Both the position numbers and the translations under genes were made by a program. The notes under the pieces are model-generated. The model ran no database searches, was not told where the DNA came from, and was given only the letters and a program-made list of their open reading frames with translations. From a virus (Duplodnaviria > Caudoviricetes), in IMG/VR virus record IMGVR_UViG_3300005614_000001, positions 52,929-116,928 of that record: DNA of 64,000 nt; one strand, written 5' to 3'. This document shows positions 20,505 through 31,025 of this stretch, piece by piece (positions within the stretch are counted from its first letter, which is position 1; the number at the start of each line of letters is the position of its first letter).

Positions 20505-21473
20505 TTATGCATCTGCTAACTTAGCTGTTTTTACTTTCTCTTCCAGGGCTATGAGGTCCTCCTGTCTGCGTGGAGATGATAGGATCCCAATCCATTCTTC
20601 TTCATCTTTAGCTATTTCATTTTGACCTTCATAAAGCAAGCCATTCTTTAACCTATAGATGTTGTAATGGAATGCTTCCTTCACCAGGTAGCGAATATTT
20701 AGGTTTTCATCTGCCATAGAAACTACTTTATTAAACAGATCCAGGTTACGGGATTTATTACCGTCCCTTTGTGTAGATTCTTTTATAAAGGTATCTATGG
20801 TGTTGTATACTACAGATTCTTTTGTATTATGGGAAACCGGGAGTCCAAGAAGTTTAGCTACTTTTTTCTGCCTGTCAGGGTTCATGCCATCCAGGGTTGC
20901 AATAGCTTTATTTATAAGTGTTTTTTGCTTATAAGCTATTTCTGTTTCAAAGTCTTCATCATCTATAAAGTGCTGAACTTTATCAACATTCTTTATCCTT
21001 CCCGAAAGATAGGCTTGATGTGAAGGTGCTATTTCCGGGTGGACCCTAAGCCATGCATAAGTGATTGCATCCTGCAGATCATCAAAGCGGAATATATTTA
21101 CTCCATCTAGCATCTTATAAAGCTTTGCCCTTGTTGGTTGACCAAACTCATCATCATACATCTTTGTATAATAATCACTGCGAGGTCCAAGATCAAAACC
21201 AGCCATAGCTTCTAATTCAGCTTTGAGGTCTGTAACCCTTGCTTTCTCCTGCTCTGCTTCTTCCGGGTGGAGTTTTTCCAACTGTTTGATATATAGAGCA
21301 TTAGGATCTAAACCAGTACGATATTCACCATTCTTTTCTTTATAAGGAACAAATGTCTTCCCTGTTCCCGGAATGCGTGTATACCCTTCTCTTGCAAGGC
21401 TACCTACAAGTGTCTGAGCCATACTTGAGCTATACTCATGCTTAATGGAAGTGATCTTTCCAACTTTTCCCAT
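20505..21473 (-). CDS. Conserved crAss protein downstream of the MCP (gene 75-like)
   Basis: YRTGLDP, WLRVHPEIAPS, KKVAKLLGLPV motifs; synteny. Confidence 0.65.
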   Translation of the reverse strand: MGKVGKITSIKHEYSSSMAQTLVGSLAREGYTRIPGTGKTFVPYKEKNGEYRTGLDPNALYIKQLEKLHPEEAEQEKARVTDLKAELEAMAGFDLGPRSDYYTKMYDDEFGQPTRAKLYKMLDGVNIFRFDDLQDAITYAWLRVHPEIAPSHQAYLSGRIKNVDKVQHFIDDEDFETEIAYKQKTLINKAIATLDGMNPDRQKKVAKLLGLPVSHNTKESVVYNTIDTFIKESTQRDGNKSRNLDLFNKVVSMADENLNIRYLVKEAFHYNIYRLKNGLLYEGQNEIAKDEEEWIGILSSPRRQEDLIALEEKVKTAKLADA

Positions 21474-21635
21474 AATGTAGTTCTTTACTTTGGTTTTTTA
21501 TTTACTAGTTCCTACTACAGTCTCACTCTGCACGGAGATTACTATTCGATAGCTCTCTGTAGGATTGGATATTTCTTACTGAATAGTTTTACTACTATTG
21601 GCTTACTCTATCCTGAATTTATTTAAATAAAGTTG

Positions 21636-21680
21636 AAAAGGGGCCCTCAAGAGAGGGAGGTGTAAGAGGGCTACCCTTTT
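21636..21680 (-). terminator. Hairpin/terminator after the MCP gene
   Basis: AAAAGGG-GCCCTC...GAGGGC-TA-CCCTTTT. Confidence 0.55.
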
Positions 21681-21691
21681 CGATGGTATTA

Positions 21692-23242
21692 TTAGTCTGT
21701 TGGCAGTTCTTCGATTATTACTGTACGAGAGAGATCTTCTACGAATAGATCACAGCGATCTTCCATCCACAGTTTATAACCAGGGAACATATTAGCTGAA
21801 CTCATACCCTGAGAAGCAGCAAAACCTAAGTGATGGGCACGACCATCTACATAACCCCAAGTCATTGATGGAGCTGCTTCATGGCGTACTTCACGAATGT
21901 TATTTTTAGGAGTACCATCACCTTCAGGAGAGATGTCAAATACCAGGTAGAGAGGAGCAGATTTTTTGTTCTGACCATATTCTACGTTAGTCTGTGGTTC
22001 ATCTAATTCACGAAGATGTATAAGTTCTATCCTACCAGTTTCCATGGTTACTGCACCTTCAAAGGCATAGTCTACTACCATGTTCTGACCACTGCCCTGG
22101 ATAAAGCGATTATCCATTATGATGGTGAAACCTGAGTTTAATGCATCTTTCTTTAAAGCCTGGCGGAAAGTTTCTATACCACTTTCATTAGTGTATACTT
22201 TAACTCTACGATCTTTAATATCTACACGACGATAGAACAAGTCACCATAAACATTACGCATAATGTTGATAGAGAACTCACCACGGTTATACTGTACCAG
22301 ATTACCATTATTACGCATCTTGTAGTACAAACCTTCTACTGCTTTTTTCAGTTCCTGTTTGCCACCATGATCTTTACCATAACCAGGTTTACCCCAGATC
22401 ATACGAGATACACGAAGGTCTAACATTTCCTTACGCATCTCCTGTTCTACAAATGGCTCCCAGCGAACATCCAGAATTTGTGGTTTAGCCATTTCATTGT
22501 TACGGTATTTTGCATATACCATTACATCTAGTGGTTTACCATCTTTACCATACCTCATCTGGCGATGATCTGCCCATTTAGTGATGGTATGTTCTTTACC
22601 ATATGCTGCAGAAAGGGATTCATACAGGGTAATTTTCTGACCTAATTCACGCAGACCAGATAGCTGTTCTGTGAATTCACCAACCAGGGTATCAATATAG
22701 ATAAGGTTCAGACCTACCTGCAGCCATTGAGGAGCTACATATTCTGTTAGTGGGGTCTTTGATAAAAGAGAGCAAGTGTATAACCAGCCATTATATACTG
22801 GTTTTGGATCACCTATTATGTAAAAGTTCTGACCATAACGACGATCTGAAGTTATTACATCATTAGCAAAGAATGATTTACGACTAACTATTATCTCAAA
22901 TGTCTGACCATCTATACCTGGCTTGGTAAGGGAAAGTGTAGACTGAGGTATTTCTACTATTGTAGGAAAGGTATAAGGTACATTGATGTCCCATTGCCAA
23001 TAGTCAGAGTTACCCTTCAGGAAATAAGGAGTGGAGTTGTCTATCATCTGCAGAAAGTCATTAGAGTATAATGCTGTCTGAGTGTAGAGACTAATGATCT
23101 TTTTATCATAATCATTAGGCTCCATCTGGTGAAGGGAAGAAAGGTGATTTGTATCAGTTAGCTTGCCGATAGCCCTTGAGTCCAATGAGGATACACGGGT
23201 AGCTTCATAACCTACAAAGCCAGGTACTTGAGATAAGGCCAT
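21692..23242 (-). CDS. Major capsid protein (crAss-like, HK97 fold)
   Basis: 516 aa; LTDTNHL, WQWDINVP, GLYYKMRNNGN, TWGYVDG motifs; follows the portal and scaffold genes. Confidence 0.9.
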   Translation of the reverse strand: MALSQVPGFVGYEATRVSSLDSRAIGKLTDTNHLSSLHQMEPNDYDKKIISLYTQTALYSNDFLQMIDNSTPYFLKGNSDYWQWDINVPYTFPTIVEIPQSTLSLTKPGIDGQTFEIIVSRKSFFANDVITSDRRYGQNFYIIGDPKPVYNGWLYTCSLLSKTPLTEYVAPQWLQVGLNLIYIDTLVGEFTEQLSGLRELGQKITLYESLSAAYGKEHTITKWADHRQMRYGKDGKPLDVMVYAKYRNNEMAKPQILDVRWEPFVEQEMRKEMLDLRVSRMIWGKPGYGKDHGGKQELKKAVEGLYYKMRNNGNLVQYNRGEFSINIMRNVYGDLFYRRVDIKDRRVKVYTNESGIETFRQALKKDALNSGFTIIMDNRFIQGSGQNMVVDYAFEGAVTMETGRIELIHLRELDEPQTNVEYGQNKKSAPLYLVFDISPEGDGTPKNNIREVRHEAAPSMTWGYVDGRAHHLGFAASQGMSSANMFPGYKLWMEDRCDLFVEDLSRTVIIEELPTD

Positions 23243-23255
23243 GTTTCTTTATTAT

Positions 23256-24458
23256 TTATTTTGAAGTATCAAAAAATGAACCTGATGCAGGGAAAGTTTT
23301 CTGTGTTTTCTTTACAGTCTTCTCTGAACGGGTGAGATTATTAAATAGTTGTTCGTTCTTTTGGGAAATTGCTTTGGTCTTTATCTTTGAGAAATCCCAG
23401 TTGTTATGTGCCAGGAGGGCAATCTTAACTTTGGTTTCATGATTTTCAGGTTTACGTAAATCCAGGATCATTTTATCAAAGTCTGTAAGTAGTTCCCCTG
23501 AAGGTAGCTTCCACTTTTCTGTGGTGAGCATATCGAAGGTTTCTCTGGCTACTTTATCTGTTACCGGGATACCATCAAAATCTTTAGCTTTTAGTTTTGC
23601 AGAAAGGATGTTATTAAAAGATTGTGTTGTCTGCTGCTTCATTTTTAATTTCTGCTGCTGTTCAATCTTCGCCTGCTCCTGCATTTCCTGTAGTTCTTCT
23701 TCTTCTTGTTCTACTAATTTCTCATGAACAACTGAAGCTTCATCTTCCAGGTCTGCTGTATTCTTTAAGTTTTCTATTTTCTTATCTATCCTTTCTTTCT
23801 TCCAGCCAAGGCGAGTATAGTATTCTTTTACTATCTTCTCCTGGTTATCTTCAGTAGAAAGGTCCAATCCTTTTACAGATTCTAATTCTAAGAACTGGGA
23901 AATATAATCCTGTGGTTTTACACCATCTACAAAAATGGCCTGGAAGGCTTCTGCTCCAAGTTCGCCATGGGTATTAGAGATTATATCATATATCCCCTGC
24001 CATTTAGCTTTTTGTTTTTCTTTATTCCACCTTTCAGCAAACTGTTCAGGAGTAGTGATTTCAGCTTCTTCCTCTCCTTCTGTTTCTGTGAATATTCCAA
24101 GATCAGAAAGGTCCTTTGCTAAAGATGAAAAGTTAGTGCCTGTAGAGGTATCTATATTTTCAGTTTGCTCCTGGCTTTCCTCACCTTCTTCTGTTTCAGA
24201 TTCTTCAGCATCTTCTTCATTTAAAAGAAGAGAGGTGATAACTTCCTCACTTTGTTCCTGTGAAAGAGTAGCAGTTTCCTTTGCAGCTTCTTCAGGTTTA
24301 GCACCTTTTGGAGCTTTCTTTTTTGTATCAGGAGTTTCTGCTATAGGAGTAACCTCTGCAGGATTTTCTGTACCAGTCCCTGAATCACCCAAGATAAGAT
24401 CAGTGATGTATTCAGTTTCCACGATACCAAAGGTGTTCTGTGGAACTTCATTTCCCAT
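23256..24458 (-). CDS. Acidic scaffolding-like protein (crAss gene 77-like)
   Basis: Glu-rich N-half and coiled coil, directly upstream of the MCP. Confidence 0.65.
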   Translation of the reverse strand: MGNEVPQNTFGIVETEYITDLILGDSGTGTENPAEVTPIAETPDTKKKAPKGAKPEEAAKETATLSQEQSEEVITSLLLNEEDAEESETEEGEESQEQTENIDTSTGTNFSSLAKDLSDLGIFTETEGEEEAEITTPEQFAERWNKEKQKAKWQGIYDIISNTHGELGAEAFQAIFVDGVKPQDYISQFLELESVKGLDLSTEDNQEKIVKEYYTRLGWKKERIDKKIENLKNTADLEDEASVVHEKLVEQEEEELQEMQEQAKIEQQQKLKMKQQTTQSFNNILSAKLKAKDFDGIPVTDKVARETFDMLTTEKWKLPSGELLTDFDKMILDLRKPENHETKVKIALLAHNNWDFSKIKTKAISQKNEQLFNNLTRSEKTVKKTQKTFPASGSFFDTSK

Positions 24459-24588
24459 ATGTAATTGGATTAGATTGGTTTGTAATGGTAAAGCTATGTA
24501 AATAATTTATATTTACAAAACTTTTAATAGGTAATGAGTTGAAAAAAGGGCGATTATATAGCATTAATATAATCATCCCTTAATTTTA

Positions 24589-24891
24589 TTATAATATTTT
24601 TTCATCTTCTTCATTATCGGGGAGAATTACCATCCCTGGAAGGTCATCATAGTCTGCATGTTCTATCTTTTGAAAGAACTCCTGCAGTGATTCCTTTATT
24701 ACCATGTTAGTCCTCTCATCATAGAATGAAAGAATTGTCTTTGAGTTATTCATTTTATAGAACTCTTTTACATCTTCACTCCTGATGAATGTCTCCGCCC
24801 AATAGAAGTCTTCTTCTTTAGGATCTACCCCGAGTGCTATGAGCTTTTCATCCTGGTCTACTCTATAGGCTTTACAGCTTATCCACGGCAT
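24589..24891 (-). CDS. Hypothetical protein (small beta-rich domain with C-terminal helix)
   Basis: 100 aa between portal and scaffold. Confidence 0.5.
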   Translation of the reverse strand: MPWISCKAYRVDQDEKLIALGVDPKEEDFYWAETFIRSEDVKEFYKMNNSKTILSFYDERTNMVIKESLQEFFQKIEHADYDDLPGMVILPDNEEDEKIL

Positions 24892-24909
24892 AATTTTATA
24901 TTTAATAGT

Positions 24910-27501
24910 TTACTTTTTTGGTTTTTGTTGTGCTTTCTGCTTTGCAATCTTCAGTTGTGCGGCAGTTCTTTTGGCTTCTTCCTCCAGCTTTTGTTTCTCC
25001 AGGGATAGTTTCTGTTGATTTATACTCTGGTCATGTATTAATTTCTGCTGTTCCTGCTGCAATTTTTGCATCTTCATCTGATAATCTCTATCTGCTTTCT
25101 CTCTCTCCAGGTCAAACTTTGTTTGCTCCAGGGCACTTTCATCTCCCGGTATAATCTCACTACCTCCTTTGGCTGAGGCCATTATCAGGGCTATCTTTTC
25201 CTTAGATTGTCTATCCAGCTCTTTATTATAGTTCTCAGTATCCACTTGTGCCTGGTGCTGCTGCATTTGTAACTGCTGCTGTTGCTGGAACTGTTGTTGC
25301 TGCTGCTGTAATTCCTGTTGCTTGGTTTGTTGTTCCTGTTGGAACTTAGCATCTATATCATCCTTAGCATCTTTTAAAGTCTTAAGGATTTTTCTCATCG
25401 ACTTAGTGTTTTGCATTACTGCTACATCATATGGAGAAGCACCATTCTGAAGCATAGCCTGGGATAGTGACTCCAACTGCATAAAAGCTTTAGCATCTTC
25501 TGCCCTGGATGTTACATATACTCCAAGTTCTTTTAATTTTATTTCACTGCCATTCACCTGTACAAAACTCTTCTCTCCTTCTGTGGAAATATTTGATATA
25601 GTAGATACGGGCTTTTGAGATTCTATATATAATGCTACATCTAATAATGCCTGATATAATTTGTTTAATACATATTCATGTGTTGCAAACCATGATTCAG
25701 TCTGGGCATATGATTGAGTAATGGCAGTATTAGTGCCTGTAGCTGTTTCTGTAGCTGCTACTCCCCCAAGCCTTTGTTCATTTAATCCTACAAGTTTCCA
25801 GCATTCCTCCCTCATCCTTACTGCCAGTTGATAGCGGGATTCTATTTCCTGTGTCCTGGATAGATCCTGTCTTGCAAACTGGTTGAATGATGATGGTCCT
25901 TTGGTATTTTCAGGACTGTCATCTACAAATACTATCCCTTTTTCTCTAGCCTCTTCCTCCCATATCTCTATTGCATCCTGGTAAGAACCATCTTTTGGTA
26001 CCGGGATATGTCTTATAGATGAAACAAATACTACCCCTATTTCCTTTTCCAGGAGGCGGAATAGTTGGTTCATGGCTATGTTATACAACACCTGGAAAGG
26101 TTTCATTAGATCAACTAATGATCTTGGTTCATCTATATTCTTATTTTCAAATACTGCCCCTATTACCGGACAGTAATCCAGGATCTCCAGTGGTTTTACA
26201 TAGTATACATCCTGTCCTATTTTTAGTCCCTGGTACCATTGGTTTATCCAACTCCATTCCAAAGATATTTGCCCAGGATGAGATTTATTTTTATAGTTTT
26301 CGTCTACCAGTGTTATTTCTTCCTCTCCCTGCTCATTGATGAAAGTCAGCTTCCCTATCTTCTTCTTGGAACACCAATAAGCCCTTACTACCATATACTT
26401 CTGCCCGAATACACCAACATTATTAGTAATCCCCAGAAAGTCTGCCAGCTCCTCATTATTCTCCTTCAGTTCTGCTTCCATTAGCAACCTGGTCTGTAGT
26501 ACTAATGGGTCATATGTCTGGTAGGTAACTGAATTATGACCAGTTACTCCAGGCTTTACAAGGTTAGATTCATTTGGAGAAAGAAGGTACGCTTGTTGTG
26601 TTAACTTTCTTAAGTGCTCTACTTCTTCTTCTGTAAGTTCATACTTACGCATAATCTCACTTATCTCCAGTATTTCTATAGTCCCTGCAGCATATGCTCC
26701 TATTGTTGGGTTCATTGGGTCTGAGATATACTTCTCATCAGGAGTTGTAAGCCACCATACATTCTTTGGATTTACTACTTCTACATTAAACCCAAATGGA
26801 GAATTGTCTTCATATATATGATAGAACTCTTTCCCGGATATAAGAAGGTCCCTGAATGCATCTTCAGATTTCTCTTTCATAGAGAACCTTACTTTCATTG
26901 CTTCCAGTACTCTGCTTCCCCACATCTCTGCAGTAGAAGTATAGTCTGTCATATACTCCTTGACTTTCTCCTGGGTCATCTGCTCCAGTTCATCAGGACT
27001 ATCTATCTGTGTCCCCTGTTGAGCCAGCATTCCCTGAAGTCTTTGCTTTGCATTATCTAATATATACTGCTGAAGAATTTGGGTTTTGAATTCCAATTCT
27101 TCACTTTTACTATCATCATCAAATGCTTTTACATATACATTATCCGGCCTTTTTGTCATCTCCCCCACCATAGTATTAATAGGAGGAGTTAGAATAGAAT
27201 AATGCTTTACATACCCCGGTAGGTCATCACTTTGCAGAATGGTGTCTGTAAATGATTTTACTTCCGGTTCCATGTAGAAGTCACTGCGGCGCAGTATTCC
27301 CTTCACTAGTTCATAGTTTGGGACCACTGTTCTTTTATTCTTTGCAAAATGGTTTATAGCTACAATAAAGAAATAATCCATATTGCGCTTTATAAACTCA
27401 TCTCCACTCTTTTCTTTATCTGTAAGAAACTGATTTGGATATAGGTTGAGCCATTGTTCTGCAGGGGTTTTAAACCCAGGAGATGTAGTAATAATTGGCA
27501 T
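24910..27501 (-). CDS. Portal protein
   Basis: 863 aa; KHYSILTPPINTMVGE, FRDLLISGKEFYHI, WINQWYQG, SLVDLMKPFQ; Q-rich coiled-coil barrel. Confidence 0.9.
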   Translation of the reverse strand: MPIITTSPGFKTPAEQWLNLYPNQFLTDKEKSGDEFIKRNMDYFFIVAINHFAKNKRTVVPNYELVKGILRRSDFYMEPEVKSFTDTILQSDDLPGYVKHYSILTPPINTMVGEMTKRPDNVYVKAFDDDSKSEELEFKTQILQQYILDNAKQRLQGMLAQQGTQIDSPDELEQMTQEKVKEYMTDYTSTAEMWGSRVLEAMKVRFSMKEKSEDAFRDLLISGKEFYHIYEDNSPFGFNVEVVNPKNVWWLTTPDEKYISDPMNPTIGAYAAGTIEILEISEIMRKYELTEEEVEHLRKLTQQAYLLSPNESNLVKPGVTGHNSVTYQTYDPLVLQTRLLMEAELKENNEELADFLGITNNVGVFGQKYMVVRAYWCSKKKIGKLTFINEQGEEEITLVDENYKNKSHPGQISLEWSWINQWYQGLKIGQDVYYVKPLEILDYCPVIGAVFENKNIDEPRSLVDLMKPFQVLYNIAMNQLFRLLEKEIGVVFVSSIRHIPVPKDGSYQDAIEIWEEEAREKGIVFVDDSPENTKGPSSFNQFARQDLSRTQEIESRYQLAVRMREECWKLVGLNEQRLGGVAATETATGTNTAITQSYAQTESWFATHEYVLNKLYQALLDVALYIESQKPVSTISNISTEGEKSFVQVNGSEIKLKELGVYVTSRAEDAKAFMQLESLSQAMLQNGASPYDVAVMQNTKSMRKILKTLKDAKDDIDAKFQQEQQTKQQELQQQQQQFQQQQQLQMQQHQAQVDTENYNKELDRQSKEKIALIMASAKGGSEIIPGDESALEQTKFDLEREKADRDYQMKMQKLQQEQQKLIHDQSINQQKLSLEKQKLEEEAKRTAAQLKIAKQKAQQKPKK

Positions 27502-30500
27502 CTAAAATAATTTGTTCTTTTTCTGAGTGAATAAGTTAAACCCGGAAGCAAATAAATTCCTTGCTCCTTGTTTCTTCTCTTTATTGAAATAATATTTGAA
27601 CCTTGGATCTGTTTCCAATGTCGTAACCTTCCCCATAGGAGCTAAGTGATCTGCCATAGCTATAGCAAGTGATGCGGCTACACAATTATGAGAAACTATA
27701 TCATTTACTGTATATGAATGATCTTCTTCTACTTCTATATTATAAACTTCTTCAGATGAGGAATAGACATCTATTGATTTTATAGGAATTATTATTCCTT
27801 CATCTATAACTCTATAGTTTTTTCTCTGAGATCTTTCCTTAAGATTTTTAAACTTCTTAGAACTACCTGGTATAGAATTCAATATTTTATTTATACCTTC
27901 TATATTTTGAATGTCCAGTCTATACTGTTCTTTTGAGTTTGGATTTTTCTGTTTATTAATATTTCCAGAACACCATATACCCTCGTCAAACATTAATCTC
28001 CTTATTTGTTTTATCAGATGTGTATATATACCAGATACCTCTATTGTTTCTCTGAAATTTATAGACCCTGGTGCCTTAGTTGATTTTTGATGACCATCTC
28101 CTTCTAAAAATCCTAATATTAATGGTAAAAGTCCTTTTGAGTTAAATAGAGGATCTTTTATAATTTTCTCCCCTCCCACTTTAATACTTATATTTTCATT
28201 TATTATATTATTAAATGTAGTGCAATTAAACTCTAAGTTGTAAGCAAATTTATCTTTCACCTTATATATTCTTGGGAGTTTTCTCTTTGATTTACATATA
28301 ATATTATCTTTTTTTAAGTGATTATAAGAGGAATATGTAATTGGAGAAAAATCATCCACTTCTTCTAAAAGAGATTTTATATATTCTGCTATATGCAACT
28401 GATTCCCCTGAAAAGTTATTCTTACAGTATTTTTATGTTTATGCCCATCAGATAAATACCATCCTAATATATATAAGTATCTCCAGTTTAAATTACACTT
28501 TTTTAAATCTTTTCTAAATGGAATTAAAAGATAATCATTCTTATTTATATCTTTTGCCTCTTTCCATTTGAGATCTCCTATTGTAAAATTTTTAAAGTAA
28601 TTTTTACCGTTACCTTTTTTTATCTCACTTATTAATAAAGGGTGATTTTCTGTACATGTAAATTCCTCAATACCTAATGGTTTAATTATATATTTATCTT
28701 TTTTGGAAACAGAGTTAAAAATATCCGTCACATTTTTGTATTTACCAGTATGTGTTAATACTCTATCCCCTATTTTTAAATTTTCTATACATTTATATCC
28801 ATCAATACAAAGAACTTTTGCCCCCTTTGTAAAACATCTATCAAAGTTCCCTGTATCATTAAACTTAATAATCTCTTCCAGGAGCATTGCATCCAATACC
28901 CTGGTTACACCAGTAACTTCTTTTATAATAGAACCTTCTTCATCCTTTTCCTGGTATATTACCTGGTCCAGGTATCTCTTTAAGCAATTATTTAAATGAT
29001 CTATTATCTTCTGTGATGAACGATGTACTCCATATTCCCTGGTAACTTGTGAATGAGGAACTACTTCTTTCAACCATTCAGGTTGACGTTCCAGGTATCT
29101 TGCATCCCCTTTTGCCTTCATATAATCTATGAAAGATATTTCATCATTTTCACATAGAGTCCTGGCATTATAAAATTTTATAAGTAATCTTGCCTGTTCA
29201 TGCCAGGTATCTTTACTATCTGGTCTTGCTACATATGAGGCTACAAACATATCCTGGAACTTATCTCCGGCTATATCATGCATTCTCTTATAAATATATA
29301 CTGCCCCAAGAGAGTCTGAATACTCTGACTTTCCCTGTCTATAAGGATCTACTCCGGCAACATACAGGCCAAATGGAGGGTTCTGCATTGGCATCTCATA
29401 TATTACTATTGGAGCATTCTTATTATCATTTGGTTTTGTTGGGAAGGAACCAACCGGGAGAGCATCTGTATGTTCAAAGATTATCTTCTCCCCATCATGT
29501 GCCAATAATACCGGGATGCCAGTTCTTCCATTTGCAAATATCCTGCCCTTCTGTGCAAGTGCTGCCTGGGTATTGAATATATTAAAAGATGCTGTAAGAA
29601 AACATTCGTCTGGAGTATAAGGATAATACATTACAGCCTTAAGATATGCCTCTTGGTCATTGGCATCTTTAGCTGTTTTACGTTCCTCATCTATTATCTT
29701 CTTAGCTTTTTCAAGATCACTCTTCTGAAAGTTAAGATTATAAAGTTCACTTTCTTCCGGGATATCTATTTGTTTTTCTTCCTTTAACCATTCCCCAAGC
29801 TTACAGTCTACTTTTGCCTCCATTCTATAACTACCTGGAAGGAATAATCCATACTTCTTTTTCTCTTCTCCAAACTCTACTGCTAAGAAATTGTAAGCTT
29901 CTGGATTATAAAATATCTTTTCTGCATCACTTCCTTTTTCAAATGCACCACCTGTACCAACCAGTAGGGGTGAGCATCTCCACCCATATGGAGATGTGAA
30001 CGCCGGGATGGCTGCCTCAAGACATCGTAGGAAAAGAAACTTTCCTATTTCATCAATTATGAATTCAGTTGCAGTAACCCCTGCTACTGCTTCTGTATTT
30101 TTACCATCATCTAAGTTACGTGGTAAAATAGTGGACCATGGTATACGATTGCCACTTTTATCTTTTATTCCTAAAGTAACCTGTCTCTTCCAATCATTTT
30201 CTATTCTACCCCATTTAAAATATGGGTGAACATTATTTAATCCTTTATCTATCTTATCAGCTATAAGTTTTAAATCCTTATCGTTACCTGCAGAGATAAT
30301 ACTTTCAGACCCCTCAAGTATTGTAGCTGCTCTCCCTATAATGGATGATTCAATCTCACTTTTGGAAAATCTTCGACTACCTACAGCGCACAACCCCTTT
30401 TTCTCTCTCCTGGCTTTTAACCTATATTCTGCAAGTTGCCATTCATTGTCTCTGAGAAGGGGCTTTCCTAATATTCTTTTTATGAACCCTGTATTTTTAT

Positions 30501-30693
30501 TCTCAAGATCCATATGTATATTCCAATGATTGGTATGCCAGTATAACCATCCATCTATGTACACTCCATTTACAAAGAATCCATTTTCTATTTTGTCTAT
30601 TTCATTCTGAAAAAAGGCATCATACTCCTCTGACTTTTCATCAGGGATGGATTTCATATTTATAAAGAACTCTTGTGTAGTTGTAAAGTCCAA
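27502..30693 (-). CDS. terL: Terminase large subunit containing an intein
   Basis: GSRRFSKS Walker A, FIIDEIGK Walker B, GTGG coupling motif, AGVDPY nuclease motif, NFDR; about 679 aa after splicing. Confidence 0.92.
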   Translation of the reverse strand: MDFTTTQEFFINMKSIPDEKSEEYDAFFQNEIDKIENGFFVNGVYIDGWLYWHTNHWNIHMDLENKNTGFIKRILGKPLLRDNEWQLAEYRLKARREKKGLCAVGSRRFSKSEIESSIIGRAATILEGSESIISAGNDKDLKLIADKIDKGLNNVHPYFKWGRIENDWKRQVTLGIKDKSGNRIPWSTILPRNLDDGKNTEAVAGVTATEFIIDEIGKFLFLRCLEAAIPAFTSPYGWRCSPLLVGTGGAFEKGSDAEKIFYNPEAYNFLAVEFGEEKKKYGLFLPGSYRMEAKVDCKLGEWLKEEKQIDIPEESELYNLNFQKSDLEKAKKIIDEERKTAKDANDQEAYLKAVMYYPYTPDECFLTASFNIFNTQAALAQKGRIFANGRTGIPVLLAHDGEKIIFEHTDALPVGSFPTKPNDNKNAPIVIYEMPMQNPPFGLYVAGVDPYRQGKSEYSDSLGAVYIYKRMHDIAGDKFQDMFVASYVARPDSKDTWHEQARLLIKFYNARTLCENDEISFIDYMKAKGDARYLERQPEWLKEVVPHSQVTREYGVHRSSQKIIDHLNNCLKRYLDQVIYQEKDEEGSIIKEVTGVTRVLDAMLLEEIIKFNDTGNFDRCFTKGAKVLCIDGYKCIENLKIGDRVLTHTGKYKNVTDIFNSVSKKDKYIIKPLGIEEFTCTENHPLLISEIKKGNGKNYFKNFTIGDLKWKEAKDINKNDYLLIPFRKDLKKCNLNWRYLYILGWYLSDGHKHKNTVRITFQGNQLHIAEYIKSLLEEVDDFSPITYSSYNHLKKDNIICKSKRKLPRIYKVKDKFAYNLEFNCTTFNNIINENISIKVGGEKIIKDPLFNSKGLLPLILGFLEGDGHQKSTKAPGSINFRETIEVSGIYTHLIKQIRRLMFDEGIWCSGNINKQKNPNSKEQYRLDIQNIEGINKILNSIPGSSKKFKNLKERSQRKNYRVIDEGIIIPIKSIDVYSSSEEVYNIEVEEDHSYTVNDIVSHNCVAASLAIAMADHLAPMGKVTTLETDPRFKYYFNKEKKQGARNLFASGFNLFTQKKNKLF
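27685..28836 (-). mobile_element. 384-aa intein with LAGLIDADG homing endonuclease in TerL
   Basis: NFDR|CFTKGAKV ... CTENHP (block B) ... LGWYLSDG / LGFLEGDG (LAGLIDADG) ... VYNIEVEEDHSY..VSHN|C; very AT-rich. Confidence 0.92.
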
Positions 30694-30698
30694 AGTTG

Positions 30699-31025
30699 TT
30701 ATTCTCCTCCTTCTATTTTTCTTTTCATCATACCACCAACACTTTGCCCACCTCTGGCTTCTATTTTCTTTTCCTCTGCTTCTCTTAATTTCCCTATAGC
30801 TTCTATCAGAAAGGAGTAATCTTTAAGTGCTTCTCTCCTTGCTTTCTGTTGTGCCTCTTTATTAGAAACTACTTTTTCAGATGGCCCTTTTGCTCCCTCC
30901 AGCATAACTATTCTGTCTGACAAAGAGTTGTAAGGATTTGTTTCTACCTCTTCTTTTATTTCATTTGCTCTTTGTTCAAGCCAATCTAACTCCTCTGTTA
31001 TATAGTTATTCTTCTTTGTAGCCAT
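30699..31025 (-). CDS. Putative terminase small subunit
   Basis: 108 aa helical protein immediately upstream of terL, ending ...ARGG. Confidence 0.5.
   Translation of the reverse strand: MATKKNNYITEELDWLEQRANEIKEEVETNPYNSLSDRIVMLEGAKGPSEKVVSNKEAQQKARREALKDYSFLIEAIGKLREAEEKKIEARGGQSVGGMMKRKIEGGE

Noticed and set aside
25255-25345. CTG/TTG trinucleotide repeats
   Set aside because: Encode the Gln-rich coiled coil of the portal
27499-27504. TerL TAG directly followed in frame by the portal ATG (possible readthrough fusion)
   Set aside because: The same stop-start abutment occurs at 11495/11496 with TAA; simple translational coupling explains it
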